From Chromera velia (taxonomy: Eukaryota), in contig JAHBMJ010000152.1 in the NCBI GenBank assembly GCA_018398765.1, forward strand, positions 1 to 55,239: 55,239 nt of DNA. Direction: 5' to 3'. Made by a program: the position numbers and the translations under genes. Below are positions 25,106 through 37,999 of the stretch, in pieces. The notes beneath the pieces were generated by a model. It was not told the origin of the DNA. It ran no database searches and was given only the letters and a program-made list of their open reading frames with translations. Each line of letters begins with the position of its first letter. Positions within the stretch are counted from its first letter, which is position 1.

Positions 25106-26580
25106 TCGATTCACCGCACTCTCCAACCTTGATACAGTTGGGCACTGTAGAGAGGGATAGGGGTTAGGAAGAAGGTGAGGTCATCTTTTTGCAGATTGCA
25201 CCTGCTTTGCTTTCGTCATACATTTCTCTTCTCTTTTTTTACATGCGCTTTCCCTCCAAGCGGAACGAATACATACGCGCTCGGTCCTGCCAGCTCCGAT
25301 CCTCAAAAGCAGCCCTTCTTTTCTTTCTCTTTCTCTCTGATGTTTCTTTCAGATCTGGGACAGACGACGAGAGGCGGTTTCAGGACTCTGGGTTGAGGAA
25401 GAGATTCTCGTCCACCACAAACGGACTGGAAAAGATCTCAGACGACCTCGCAGCGATGCGATCCCTCCTCCTCCCTGCCCGCCACGAGACCGGAGTGATC
25501 GTGTGGGTACAGGGGGGGGAAAATGATACGGCGTGCTGCTCTCCGGCAGGCTGGGTGATGCGGTTTGTGCGCCTGGTTGCGGAGGTGTGGCGTCTCCTTG
25601 TGCCCCCTCTGTGCGCGTCTTGCGTGGCATCTGTTGGCAACTTCTTGTTCCGTCTCCTCTGGTACAACCGTCCCCTTCGGGAGGAACCTGTGAGGAAGAC
25701 CCTGAGGGTGATGGAACAAGTGAGGAACGAGCTCAACCGAATCGTGTTCCTACTCTGCAGGTGTGTGAGGCGGGAAGGAAGTTGCTGCTCGGGCTTGGTG
25801 GCAACATTGCGCGCACACCCACATACAGGCACATACATGCACATGCCTTGCTCATACATACACACGCACAAAATTTCAAGAGCGGTCTGAGTATCCCGGG
25901 AGATCAATGAGGAGTGTACGTTGGGGGTTGATGTATGGGTATCCTAACTCGTTGTGCAATCGTTAGTTGGGAGCTGTTTCTCTTCGTTGCCTGGACGACG
26001 CTCCCTTCCTTCCCTTCTCTTCTCTTCTCTTCTCTTTCTCTCTCCTCCCTCTGTCTGCACTATGGGAGCTTTTATTTGATCATTGGTGGTAGAAAAAAGT
26101 GAGGACAATGGTCTGGAAGTGTGGTCTCTGTATGCAATTAATTCCCCTTTCTTTCTTTCTTTCTTTTTTCTTTCTTTCTTTCTTTCTTTCTTTCTGCAGT
26201 GGAAGTGCAAACCTGAGTGGGTGCAGACGACACGCAGCGATGGTTGCGCAGGCCAAGTCGGCTCTTCGGGGCCTTCTGGAGGATCTGTGCAAGCTCGTCA
26301 CGCACCCCGAGAGGGAGGAGACAGGCGGCAGAGGAGGGGGGATGATGCACTCGAGTAGGGAGTGGACAGCAGAGGCAGATGAAGAGAGCTTGGCTCCGTC
26401 TCCGCCTGTCCTTCTCAGACGTTCCCTCGAATCCCGTCTCCTCCATTTAGTCCTTCTCACAGGGGACCTCGAATTCGCTCTGAATGCGCTCCAGATGAGG
26501 GGAGACCAGGAGACGCCGCTGGGTCGGTCAACCGTTGCGCATACAATTGTTTGAGAGTTTGTGCCTGGAACCGGCGGTTT

Positions 26581-26615
<35 letters not shown>

Positions 26616-28484
26616 ATGTGGAAAAGCACTCCTCTCTCACCGTTGCACGTCTAGATTTGATCCTTCAGAATTAAGTATTTTTTGGGATTGCGCAGGAGTC
26701 ATTCCCCACAACGACAACAACCACTCTGTGTATGTGTTCCCTTTCCGAATCTGCAAGTGTCTCTCTGTCTGTCAGTCGAATACATTGGGTGACACCGATC
26801 GATTGTCTGGATCTTTGTGGTGCATCCATCTGCTGTCTGTCTGTGAACCTTCTCCGTGCCTGCAGGCCAATCCTTCGTTGCCGCGCAACACCCAAACGAA
26901 GAGGACCTCACTCACCTGGTGGAACGCAACCTGCGTCTCCGTCTGCAGAGCCCTTCCGGCCTTCTCCCTTTCCCGTCGTTCCTGTCGAACTCTGAATCTG
27001 TCTCCAGGTCCCTCCCCCCCTCTGCAAATGCAAGAGAGAGGGCACAGCAGCAGCAGCAGCAGCAGCAGGGCGCCCAGGCGGGGAACCTCCATGGGATCTT
27101 GGGGACAAGGGGAGTTCCCCGGAGGGCGTCTTCTTCCTCAGAGGAGGTAGAGGGGCCGGCTGTAGGAGGAGGGGTGGAGGGGGGAGCAGCTGCAGGGGTG
27201 GGGGGTGGAGAGGAGAGACAGGCTGGCCTGATGTGGTCGGATGTGCCGTCTCTTCTCTCCACGGCACAGACGGGGGGGGGAACGTGGATGAAAGCAGGTT
27301 GGTCTGTTGGTCTGTGTCCCTTCCACTGGCTTCCATCCATGTCGCTGTGGGTCTGTCTGTCTTTTTGTTTTGATGCATGACTGCCTTTCTGACTCTCTCT
27401 TCTACAATCTTCAAAGTTTCTCTCGTGAAGGCGCAGGGCACCCGTGTTTGTGCGTGAGGAGCTAGAGCCTGTATGTATGGAGCCGCGGGAAAGTGCAAAT
27501 TTTGGTGGGTGGGGAAAGCCAGGAGGTATGTCTTTTGTTGTTCGAGGTGCGGAATGGGTGGTTTTTCGCACGAGTACTTTCAGATGGACAGAAATGATGT
27601 GCGCATGATGAATCCATGGGGGGAAGGGAGGTTTGTTTCTGAGTGCACCGACTGTTCGATCACCCGATTGATCGGCTTTCTCTCTCGGCTACTCTCGGCT
27701 AAACTTCATTCACTTCGTGTATGTACCCTTCAGTTCACCTGCTGCTGGCTCATTCTTTGCTTCATGCGTTTATTTTCACACAGAATTCTTTTTCATACAG
27801 AACATAAACGCATGCACCCTTCAGTGCACCTGCTGCTCGCTCATTCTTTGCTTCAGGTGCCAGCAGCAGGTCGTATGCGGGTAGTGGGGGTGTCCCGAGC
27901 GTTGGAGCTCCGTCGAGCGCCCAGGGGTCAAGCAGGCGAGTGGTTCCCGTCCCTCCCCGTGGGCTCCCTCTGAGTGCGGCTGTGTCTCCGACTTTTGGGC
28001 AGCCCCCTGTGAGCAATCAGAGGGGGGGGGGGAGGGCATTGCAGAAAGATCGAGAAAGAGACAGGGAGCTGGAGAGAGAAAGCCAGGCGAAGGAGACGAG
28101 AGACGGGGGACCAGAATTAGAGAGAGAAAGGTCTCATGTGATCTTCTCTGGAGGTCAGGAGTTGGCGGGAGGGGGGGAGCGTTCCCACGCGGCCTTGTTC
28201 TCTTCAGAGGCTCAGGAGGAGGACGCGCCCCCCCCCCTCCAGTTGGCCCCCTTCATGCACGGAGAGACGGCGTCCGTGTCGGGAGACAAAGACAGAGAGA
28301 GGGAGGGGTGCACGTTTCTCGCACGTCGCTCTGCTGGGGTCAGTCGAAGGGTGGCTGGGTGGGTGGGTAGGTGAATCAGAGAGTGACTGCTGTCCATCAG
28401 AAGAGAGAGAATCAGACAGGGACACGAGGGAAGGCTGAGGGGGGAAGAGAAACTTTGCGTGAACGTGCGTGCGTCGGTGTGTGT

Positions 28485-28517
<33 letters not shown>

Positions 28518-30563
28518 TGCGTGCGTGTGTGTGTGTATGTATGTATGCATGTGCATGGGTGTGTGCGGCTCCGATGCCGTGAGTGATTTCTTGCTTGTGC
28601 GTGCAGGCAGTGGGAGAAGAGCTCGTTCTCCGCTGGCTGATAGAGGCCCTCCACGTGACCTGCCAGGCCTGCTACTCGGCTCTGAGGGTGAGCTAGAAAG
28701 CCCCCTCACTGCATGCCTCCGAGTCGATGCATTCAGTTGGGCTGATGCTTCGATCGGGGCGGATTCATTCGAGAATTTGGGAGTGCAGAAATGCTTTGGG
28801 GGTGATTATATATTTCTGTTCGCCTCTCTTTCTGTGCCTCGCTCGGTCTTTCCTGACTCAGCCAAGACCAAGGCCTTCCTCAGAATAGCCAGGCAGTCCC
28901 TGAACAAGAAGAAGAAGAAGAAGAGAAGAAAGAAAAATGCAGCGATGTGGTGTGTGTGCCCTCCAAAAGTGCGACCGCCCAAATCGACAGGCGGCAAGTT
29001 ACTGGCCTGTCACGTGGGTTCATATGGTGTTGCCGCTTTTTTTTGCGTATGGACTGTACGAGTGCCTTCTTTGATGCAGGCAGCTGATGAAGCGTCGGCC
29101 GAACGCGCGTACTGTGCGATTCAGAAGGTCAGTCCGTCAATGCAGGCTCACATGCACGTCTAGATGAAAGAAGAAGAACGAGCGCGTATGAATGAATGAA
29201 TGAATGAACATGCAAAAAGAAACAAAATGTGCGGACCTCTCGGGTAGTGGGTGGGCAGGGCGACGGGGAGCCGTGGGTTGGCAGGGGGAAGTCTGGTTTG
29301 GGTAAGTAGAGCGTTGGCGGTCCCGGTAGAAGTTGTGTTGAGGATATCTGTGCATTCGTTCGTTCATTCACTCATTCTTTCCTTCCCTCCTAATGGGCTT
29401 GGAGAAAGCTCAGCAAGACTTGGGTAGCCGGAAGGAGGGGAACAAAGAGCGGGGAAAAAGCAGCTAGCAGCAAAACAACGTAAAGAGAGGAGAGAATCAG
29501 AGGGCAACAACGAAGCAGGGAGAGCGCAGACAGTGTGAAGAAGGAGAACCCAACACAAAGGAACACAAGAAGGAACCCAGAAGAGGGAGGAGAATGGATG
29601 AATCGATTCGCATAGTCTCTAAAACTAAACTGCCTCCCGTCCCTCTTTCTTTCTGCCTTCCTATGTATGCGTGCAGACTCTGAGAGGCCGAATGACAACG
29701 GTTGAGGAGGCTAGACAGGCCTCGCAAACGTCCGTTCGATCGTCTGTCTGTCTGTCTGTCTGTCTGTCTTTGTGCGTGTCCCTCGTGTCTCGCTGTCTCT
29801 CGGTCTGTCTGCCTGTATCACCCGCCTTCATTCCGTTTTTATGCATAAATATTGACTTTTTCCATCTGTGACTTCGTTCCGACCTTTTTCTCGCTTTCTT
29901 GTAAGATTCCGTGCCCATTTGTACGGGCAAAGCGTGACCGCATCAACGCGAGACAAGACGCCGACTCCCCCTTGTCCTTTCATCGATGCACTGGACCCCT
30001 TTCCGTCCTCCCGCCCGCTGCATTGCAGCGTCCCCGTCTCACCTGAAAGGCCAAAGGAGAAGATACAAAAGACCCCGGCACAGCACGCGGAGGGGGCCCT
30101 TTCTTCTTCTTTTGAGGGGCTCGGGGAAGAACGAGGAGAGGGAGAGAAAGAGAGACCTGGACCCCCTGGAAGAACCCTCAGCCTGGTGATGCCCTTCGTG
30201 TGGCAACAGGTGGGTGGGTGGGTATGGGGCCTGAAGGGGAAACGGATCGGTTACGACCAGAGAAAACGTTGTATGTGTCACATTTCTTGCGTGTTTTAGA
30301 TGTTCCAGCATTGTGGCTGTGTTCTGACAAAGGAAAAAAAATTCGCATGCATGCAGTGTGTCTTCTTCTCTTCAGGCGTGCATGGCATGCACCCCCTTCT
30401 CTTCTCTTCTCTTTGCATGTGAATTTTGCCTCACAATGCGGCCATATTCCCGTCGCTTCCCTCCTTCATTCATTCTACGGAGGGACTGCAGCTTCGATCT
30501 GCTTCGTTGGGGCCCTTCCACCAGTGGGGCTCTTTCTGCAGGGGCCCTTTCTGCCTTCGTAGA

Positions 30564-30620
<57 letters not shown>

Positions 30621-30683
30621 GAGGAGGAAGGCGGGGAGCCTCTCTCTCCTCAACCCCGAGTTGTGGAATCCATGAGACTCTGA
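22379..30683 (+). CDS. aluminium-activated malate transporter (ALMT)/FUSC-ArAE superfamily membrane protein with long low-complexity C-terminal region
   Basis: Spliced exons give WVLISAAVCLEGSMGASRKKGLLRILGTMIAG, YAFTIAMSTLPIV and RLCNVLLGVVLVIVVSTFALPVRATDKL, matching ALMT motifs (W.V.T...FE..VG.TL.KG..R..GT..AG; R...I.IG...P.WA...L). Further in-frame exons near 25352, 26199, 26866, 27857, 28607, 29080, 29677 and 30617. The 3' end and the start (22379 or 22592) are less certain. Confidence 0.8.
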
Positions 30684-32119
30684 CAAAGACAGCTCTGGTC
30701 CCTTTCCCTCCCTCCTTCCTCCCTCCCTTACATTCCTTTTCTGCCTCGGGAGGCGGGTTTTCGTTCCTGCGACAGCTTTTCGGCGGCGGGGTGAGGAGAG
30801 AGGGCGAAGAATGGGGGGCAGGGCGGTAGACAGAGAATGAGGACCAAATCTGGTTTCCATATCAGCCTTATCCTGCCTCTCATCCATACGTGCGTATGTG
30901 TGTGTGTCTGAGAGAGAGAGAGAGAGAGCTCCGTGTGCTCTGTGCCGCAGGTAGATTTGAATTTATGCGACGGCGGTGAAACTTGTATTGAACTTTCCTT
31001 AGGTGTGTGTCATGAGTCATCGGAAGAATTAAGGGGCTGCCCCGTCTCCACTCACGGATTGAGCAGAGACAGAGGGGGAAAAGGGGTTGCACGGGGAAGA
31101 GAGATGGGATTGATTATGTACTCACGGGTTCCATTTTCTTCTTCACTGTGTTCATGAGTACATGTCATATGTGATGCGATGATCGATGCATGCAGTAGTT
31201 TTTTGTGAATCAATCAACAGCGATCGATTGAGAGAATTGGTCTGACGTGAACTCTTTACAGTGAGACGAGCAGAAGGGCGGAAGGAATGTGTGTCCGCGT
31301 AGCTGTGCAGAAGCGAAAGATTCAGACAGGGGCCACAAAAGTACCCGAATAAGGAAGAAGGGGGAAGTGCAGCGAGAGTCCATTGTGGAAAGAAGAAATG
31401 AGAAAAGCAGAAAGGAACAAGGGATGAGGAGCAAGAGGAGGGGGACAAAAGCCTTCAAGCTAGCCTTCAAGACAAGAAATCGACTTTGTGTAAGAAAAAA
31501 ATTCTGTGCATGGAACTGCTGGCCTTTTCTTTCTGAGTGAGCAGTTGCCTGTCTGATTGACTTTGAATAATCCTTCCTGTATTCCTTCCTCTCTTCGATA
31601 TGTCCTGCTGTGCTGAGGTTAATCGTGGATCGATCAATTTGTTGTATCATCAAGAAGATATAGATGAACAAGAAAAGTGCTAGGAAAAGTGGTTGAAAAG
31701 ACCGTGACAATTAATCCATTAAGCATGACACACTTGAAAAGATGAAACGGTCCATTTCAAACGGATGTTTTTTTAATTTCTATACACAGTCGTATTGAAA
31801 TTATCATATTATAATTAATAATTATATACTTCCGCTTTGATTTCTACCACTGGCAACTTGAATGTTTTTATATTTATAGTTTGTATGTATATATATGTGC
31901 ATCATAAGTTTCCAGACTTAATAATAAGATAACTCCAAGCACAGGTCGATAACTAAATCAATGTCAGACTGTCATCATCGATTATTCAAGATTCTGCGCG
32001 CTAGTAAACATGAAGAAAAACTGTGCGGAGACTCTGAGAAATTGTGGGTTTGCTTCTAAAGTTTCAACACTGTGCCGGAATGAAGGCCATAGCAAAGTGT
32101 CAGACTCAAAGATTAGTGC

Positions 32120-32361
32120 CTAGGCGACGCACAGTGGTAAAAAAAAAAAAAAGAATAGACATGTCGAGATTTTTTTTTTCTTTTTTTTTTTTTTTTAGTC
32201 TAGTGGTCAAAGGTCTAAGCAAACTTAGCAAAGGTAGGTTTTGTAGTTAGATGTGTTTTTGTTATATGTTTGGTACTTCCAATAAAATAATAGAAAAAAA
32301 AAAAAGATTAGGCTTCTCCAGATTTTTTTTTTCTTTTTTTTTATCACTGTGCGTCGCCTAG
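32120..32361. mobile_element. 242-bp MITE with about 27-bp TIRs and perfect 8-bp TSD (hAT- or P-type)
   Basis: Left end CTAGGCGACGCACAGTGGTAAAAAAAA, right end TTTTTTTTATCACTGTGCGTCGCCTAG (1 mismatch). ATTAGTGC is duplicated at 32112-32119 and 32362-32369. Confidence 0.92.
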
Positions 32362-32844
32362 ATTAGTGCTCAGTTGGAAACCACTAGGAAGTTCTGCAAG
32401 TTTCTCATCCGTGATTGAACCTGTCAATGTGGAAAGGATCCACGAATGCAAGTAAAAAGAACAAGCAGGAGAGTTCTCTGCAACAAAAATGTCTGGGCAC
32501 CTTTTTTCCATGAACTCAACCACGCGAGAGAAAACGTGTCTAACATCTACAGCCTCCAAAATCTGTCAGAGGAGAAGAAGAAGGAATATAATCTCCATTT
32601 GAGACGTCTGGGAACCATTAAGTGGGAGATGTTCGGGAGAGAGGGGCATGATCTGAACAAAGATCAGCAGCCACTGTCCGGCATATAGAGGGATTATGAA
32701 TTCTGGTAGGCTTGCATGGTCAATTGGATCGATTTTCACTCTGTTTTTTATACTGGTATGTGCAGCTTGTGTAGAGCTGTCCACTATCCGTTTTGTATTG
32801 CATTAGCGGTGCACTATGACACATAAAACAAAAGTTTCAAGTTG

Positions 32845-33167
32845 ACTCCCAATTTTTTTTTTTTTGTACTACCAATTTTTTTTTCGGCGGTCCTAAAAAA
32901 TTCCTATTTAAAAATTGGTAACTCCCAATTTTTAGGTGACTCTAAGTGTTCATAAAATTTGTTCCCAGTAATGAATTAGAGTCTAATGACTACGGCTAGA
33001 GACTAGTGAGCCCTTGTCTAGCCCGTACACAAAATTTCAGCTTCAAACTCCATGTACTTCTTTCACTAGACTAGGTACCAATTTTTCAAAATTGGGAGTT
33101 ACTAGCGGTAAAAAATTGGTAGTACTACCAATTCGACACCCAATTCAACTCCCAATTCTTTAGGGTG
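32845..33167. repeat. cluster of about 10 ACT(A/C)CCAATT motifs in both orientations, like a transposon subterminal repeat region
   Basis: Copies near 32846, 32868, 32910(rc), 32921, 33074, 33087(rc), 33111(rc), 33124, 33137 and 33148. Confidence 0.7.
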
Positions 33168-33717
33168 CAGTCTCTCAAATGAGTTTTCACACTTTTTTGT
33201 GCGGAAAAAAAAAAAAATGATCACAAAAAGATTTTTTTATCGGTTTCACATGAATATGAACGCCCAAAAGCTTTTAATTCCAAAGGTCTGTTCAGTGAAA
33301 AAGAGGTCATCCAGCCTATTTTCCAGATATTCAAGTTTTGATTGAGGGTTTGAAGTAGTCTTTTGTTGTGCTGTGGCAGTTTTTACACTTTTTTCTTAAA
33401 TTGCCTTAAGCCCTTCTTGGGCCCCTCCTATCAAACCGATCAACGATGACAAACAATCTCATAGGTCATACATAACAACAAAAAAATTCTAGTCTTAAAT
33501 TAAGATGACTCTCTAGGATAACTCTAAGATACTAGCTAAGATAAAAACTTATGTAAACTCTTAGTTTTAACAATAGTTTATTATAATTTTGAGAGTCTTA
33601 ATTTAGCTTTTAGTCTAGTTTTTAGTGATTTTCTTGTCTCTAAGGCTTCCTAGAATTTGCTAGTGGTGTTGACTGTGTCATGTTGTCTTCAGTGCTGTCG
33701 AGAGTGACCTCTAGACT

Positions 33718-33824
33718 TCAACCTCAAATCTACCTCAAATCTGGTCAGATTTGAGCTTGAAGCTCAAATCAAATCAAATAAAATTAAATTAAATCAAATC
33801 CTATTAAATGAAATCTGGTCACTA
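33718..33824 (+). mobile_element. orphan right end of a hAT element related to the adjacent one
   Basis: AACCTCAAATCTACCTCAAAT...AAGCTCAAATCAAATCAAAT...GGTCACTA parallels 35127-35227. Confidence 0.7.
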
Positions 33825-33933
33825 CCGATCGTAATCATAAGTAATCAAATAGCATGCAACAACATAATCTAGAATAACATACAATACCTAGTATAATACG
33901 TACCATACAATAATAATCATTCATATTTATTAA

Positions 33934-35227
33934 TAGTGACCATGTTTGATTTGATTTGATTTGATTTGAGGTAGGGCTTAAGCTCAAATCAAATATCTAG
34001 TCAGAGAGGACCTAATGTTTAAAGACCTATCAAATACGATCAAATATTTGATCAATATGACTTTCAACCTCAAATATGAAGGTCCTGAAAAAACTTTTGT
34101 AAGTACCGATCCGTCACGCATGCTGATTCAAATGAAAAAACCTAAATCTTGATGGTTTGCTCTCAAAAAAAAAGTTTTGAGCTGCACTGAAATTGAGGTT
34201 TCACCCCCTTTTACTTCGTGCAGAGGTAAACCGATCAGCTGAACGTTTTCCCGAACAGCTGTGTTGACTTTTCTGGTGCTGGAACATCTTTTACGGCCCC
34301 TTTTTTGAGCGTCTACAAACATTTTACACCCCGTAAAGACATGTCACACAATCCAACAAGGTCGAACGGGAAGAAGGAGGCATTTGTTTTTAGAGCCGGG
34401 TACGCAAAAAAAGTATGGTCCGTGCAAAAGGGAGCAAATGTAATTCAGTGTCAGGTGAAAATACAAGGAGCCGAGGGGGAAGGAGAAACTATTTGTGGCT
34501 GTGAGTATGCAGCAGCGGCAACCAGTTTTTTTCAAACCTACCTCATCAATCAGCATGGCTTGACGATCACGTCTGACAAACAAGTGCAGCTGCTCCAAGA
34601 AAGACAGGAAAAGTGATCGGAGGGGGCGGGGGGGACGAAGCAGCCTGACGTGTGAACGTTTTTCCCCACCAAAGATGAAGCAGAAGCCGTGGTCGCACCA
34701 TATGCAGAGACGCATGAGAAGAAAATCAAGTGCGATATGCTGCATGAGATTCAATTCACATTGAAAAAAATGATCATGAAGAAGAGGAAAAGGAAGTGCC
34801 ATAAAGCTGAGTGATTGTCACCTCAATTTTGGTACGTGCTCTAACTTTATCGTATCAACAAAAAGTCATATGCAATTTCAAATTTATCAATTTTACGTTT
34901 AGTTTTACGTTCTTAATCTCTATTAATACTAGAATGAGTCTCAGTGACTAGTGTATATATACTGCTACACAGGCATATTTTTTTTACAGAACTGATAAGT
35001 TATAATTTTATATATATTTTTTTAAATTTTTGAAACACACATCAGAAATGTTCTGATAACTATTGTCATGAGAAAAATGAATCAGAGAGAAGTAAGTCAG
35101 TGACTCAGTGAGGAACCCTAAGAGGTTAACCTCAAATCTTACCTCAAATATCAAATATTTGAGGTTAAAGCTCAAATCAAATCAAATCAAATCAAATCAA
35201 ATATAATCAAATCAAACATAGTCACTA
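33934..35227 (+). mobile_element. non-autonomous hAT DNA transposon, about 1.3 kb
   Basis: TIRs TAGTGACCATGTTTGATTTGA / TCAAATCAAACATAGTCACTA, (TCAAA)n subterminal arrays, 8-bp TSD TTTATTAA / TTCATTAA (7 of 8 match), and an internal BED-finger remnant. Confidence 0.88.
34305..34616 (+). pseudogene. BED zinc-finger remnant of a hAT transposase
   Basis: VWSV...IQC...ICGCEY...ATSFFQTYLINQHG follows the BED pattern with the first His replaced by Tyr. No DDE domain follows. Confidence 0.6.
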
Positions 35228-36439
35228 TTCATTAATTCATTCTGAATCATTTATTAATTTATTCATTCATTCATTCATTCATATTCATTCACTAGTTCAT
35301 TCATTCATTCGTGCATGCATTTATATGCATGCATGCATGTTCATTCATTCATTCATTCATTTATTTATTCATTCATTCATTCATTCATTCATTTAATATC
35401 AAACAAACATATTACTAGACTGAGAAAAAACGTAAAACATACCAGTAACTCCAGCAGTAAGTATAGATGGGGGGGCATTGACTTAAAGTTTGTTCCTAGC
35501 GTCTGGCCTATGCGTCTTTCGTCTCTTCCTTCTGTCCTGGTTACTGCTCTCGCTGCTAGCTCTCTCTCTCATGCGACCTCATACTTGACGCTCCTCCGTC
35601 CGAATGCCTTCTTCGGCATTTGCTAAGTGCTTCCTATCCCTCAGTCTAGATACTTTGTGACTAAAATTAATATAGAAGTACTATATACCGACATTAATTG
35701 TATAGGCAATCATCATTGAATCATATCAGTGAGTTCTTTATATGAATGAATGAATGAATGAATGAAGTTGGCTTTGCTAGAGTGGAGCCGTGCTCCCAGC
35801 AGCCCATGTTCATGCAAGAGATCGTCAATCACTCAACTCTAGAGATAAGGCTAAGCGCGAGATCCCCTGAAGTGCTCGCTTGGTGAGCTCACGAGCAGCA
35901 TGCGCATTGGAGGTGGCAATAGAAGACTCGAACAGAAGAAGAAAAGGTCGCGTTCACACAGAAACAGGCGTGCACAGTGAGTAACAAAGATCGCAAACGG
36001 CTCTGCATGCTTCATACGGATCGACTTGTAAAGCCAAAAGCAGCATCTTCCTCGCTTCTGTTTCGGCTGCATCCGATCCCTCAATTCCTTCTCTCTGAAT
36101 CCTTTGCTTCACTTTCTTTCCCTCTACCACTTTGTTTAGTTTATTTCTTGCTTCTACCCAATTGGAGCATACTGAAAGCCGGTGCCAGAGATCATCAATT
36201 TTTCTTCCATTTGAACAACCCTCTGCCAGATAAAACACCTCTCCCGGAGAGTTGGCCCCCCCCGTCAGACCCTTCCGATTTAGTGTCAATGCCCTTAGGA
36301 GTGGCTCAATCTTCTCACATAAGGCACTTCTCGGCAGACAGGACATCCGTACCTTGGGGCCATTCTTTGAAGACAAAAGAAATAGAGAAGAACGTGAAGA
36401 AGACGGAAGACGGAAGACGGAACGTGAAACAGTTTAATT

Positions 36440-37808
36440 TCAGTTGCATAGGAGTTGATCGCTTTCTAGCTTGTTCCTCATTTCTTCGTCTTTTGGTTGA
36501 TTTTTTTGAAAACTTCCCGTTGCGCATGCTTTCCGTATACAAAATGCGCAAGACGTTGGGTCGGGATCCTCCAGATGGCAGCTGTCTCCCAAGCCACGAT
36601 CTAACACATGGCTCATGTAACCAAAAAAACGTGGGTGTCGGAAGGCCACGGTCATCCCGGCTTCTTCTAGACCCTTTCTGAGCATCACCTCTGCATTCCG
36701 AAAGTCGCCCCTCTGTACATGTTTGCGAGCAGCAACGAGGGGGTGCATGTAGTGGTCGAAGGCATTCCTGCCAAAAACTGCAAATTTGTCGTTCATCGAG
36801 TCCTGCCGGGCGACTTCACTGGTCGGAGTGTTGTCCTCATCTACCCCCGGATAGGCCAGGCAGTCGGGAACAATGACCTCCGAGGCCCCCACCTGCGTGA
36901 GGACGTGGGGGTCCACCGGGTGGAAGTGGACGTTGTCTGTGCGGGTGCGGATGCCGATTTGGTACTCCAAATCTTTGACCTTCTCGTAACATCGGATCAC
37001 CTCCAACGCCTTCTTCATGTTTGCCATGTGCTTGATCGTTCCCTGCACGCTCGGCCCCTTCCAGTCTTTTCGGCAAGTACCCTTTGGGCACATCTCTGCA
37101 GCCGTGTATTTGGTTCCGTAGTACCTGCAGACAACTTTTCGAAATCATTCATCGTTGGACAGACAGCTGTGGAAGACAGGGGATGAAGGTCCAGTCTCCC
37201 ACATCAATAGCAGCACACGGCTCTGTATTTTTCTTTCCTGGCCAGCTTGGAATTCACAGATTCCTGCATGACACTCAAGCAAGCTGGGCTGCACTTGAAT
37301 TGCTCCTTTTTGTCCATCCGGATTCTTCATGCATGAGCACACAGGAGAAGGAGAACAAAATAACAGTAACACGTACCCACCTGGACAGAATGGCGTCCGG
37401 GTCCTCTTCGTGAGTGAGGCCGATGAAGACAAGAGAGGAAACGCCCGTCTCTGTTTTCTCGGCAGTGGGATTCGCCGCAAGGGACGCGGCATCTGCCGTG
37501 GCTGCCCATGCGGCCCCCCGGAATCTGTCTCTGAGGTCCAGCAGCTTCACGTCCACTTTCTCCAACGTCTTCTGGACCTTCGAGAGATGTCCCTCGGAGA
37601 ACCTGACAGCCGCGTCGCTGTACTCATTCCCGTCAGACAACACCAAGAAGATGTCGACGTCCCAGCCCTTCAACAACAGAGGCCCGACCAGATTCCGCAT
37701 CGTCGTGTCGATAAAGATCGGAAGCAGACGAACCATCTGCCCTGCATGGAACGTTCAAAGCACGTGTGTGTGAATGTGCGAGTGTGTGTGTGTGTGCGCG
37801 CGCGTGCG

Positions 37809-37848
<40 letters not shown>

Positions 37849-37861
37849 TGCGCGCGCGTGC

Positions 37862-37905
<44 letters not shown>

Positions 37906-37944
37906 ATGTGTGTGTGCGTGTGTATACGTGCACGCGTGCCAGAG

Positions 37945-37999
<55 letters not shown>

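Noticed and set aside
32130..32351. CACAGTG heptamers in the MITE ends suggesting RAG/Transib recombination signals
   Set aside because: The heptamer is internal to the TIR, there is no ACAAAAACC nonamer at 12/23 spacing, and the TSD is 8 bp rather than 5 bp.
35954..36376. 140-aa minus-strand ORF after the glycosyltransferase stop, preceded by a pyrimidine tract
   Set aside because: There is no clear ATG, upstream donor or domain similarity. It could be an alternative last exon but this is unsupported.
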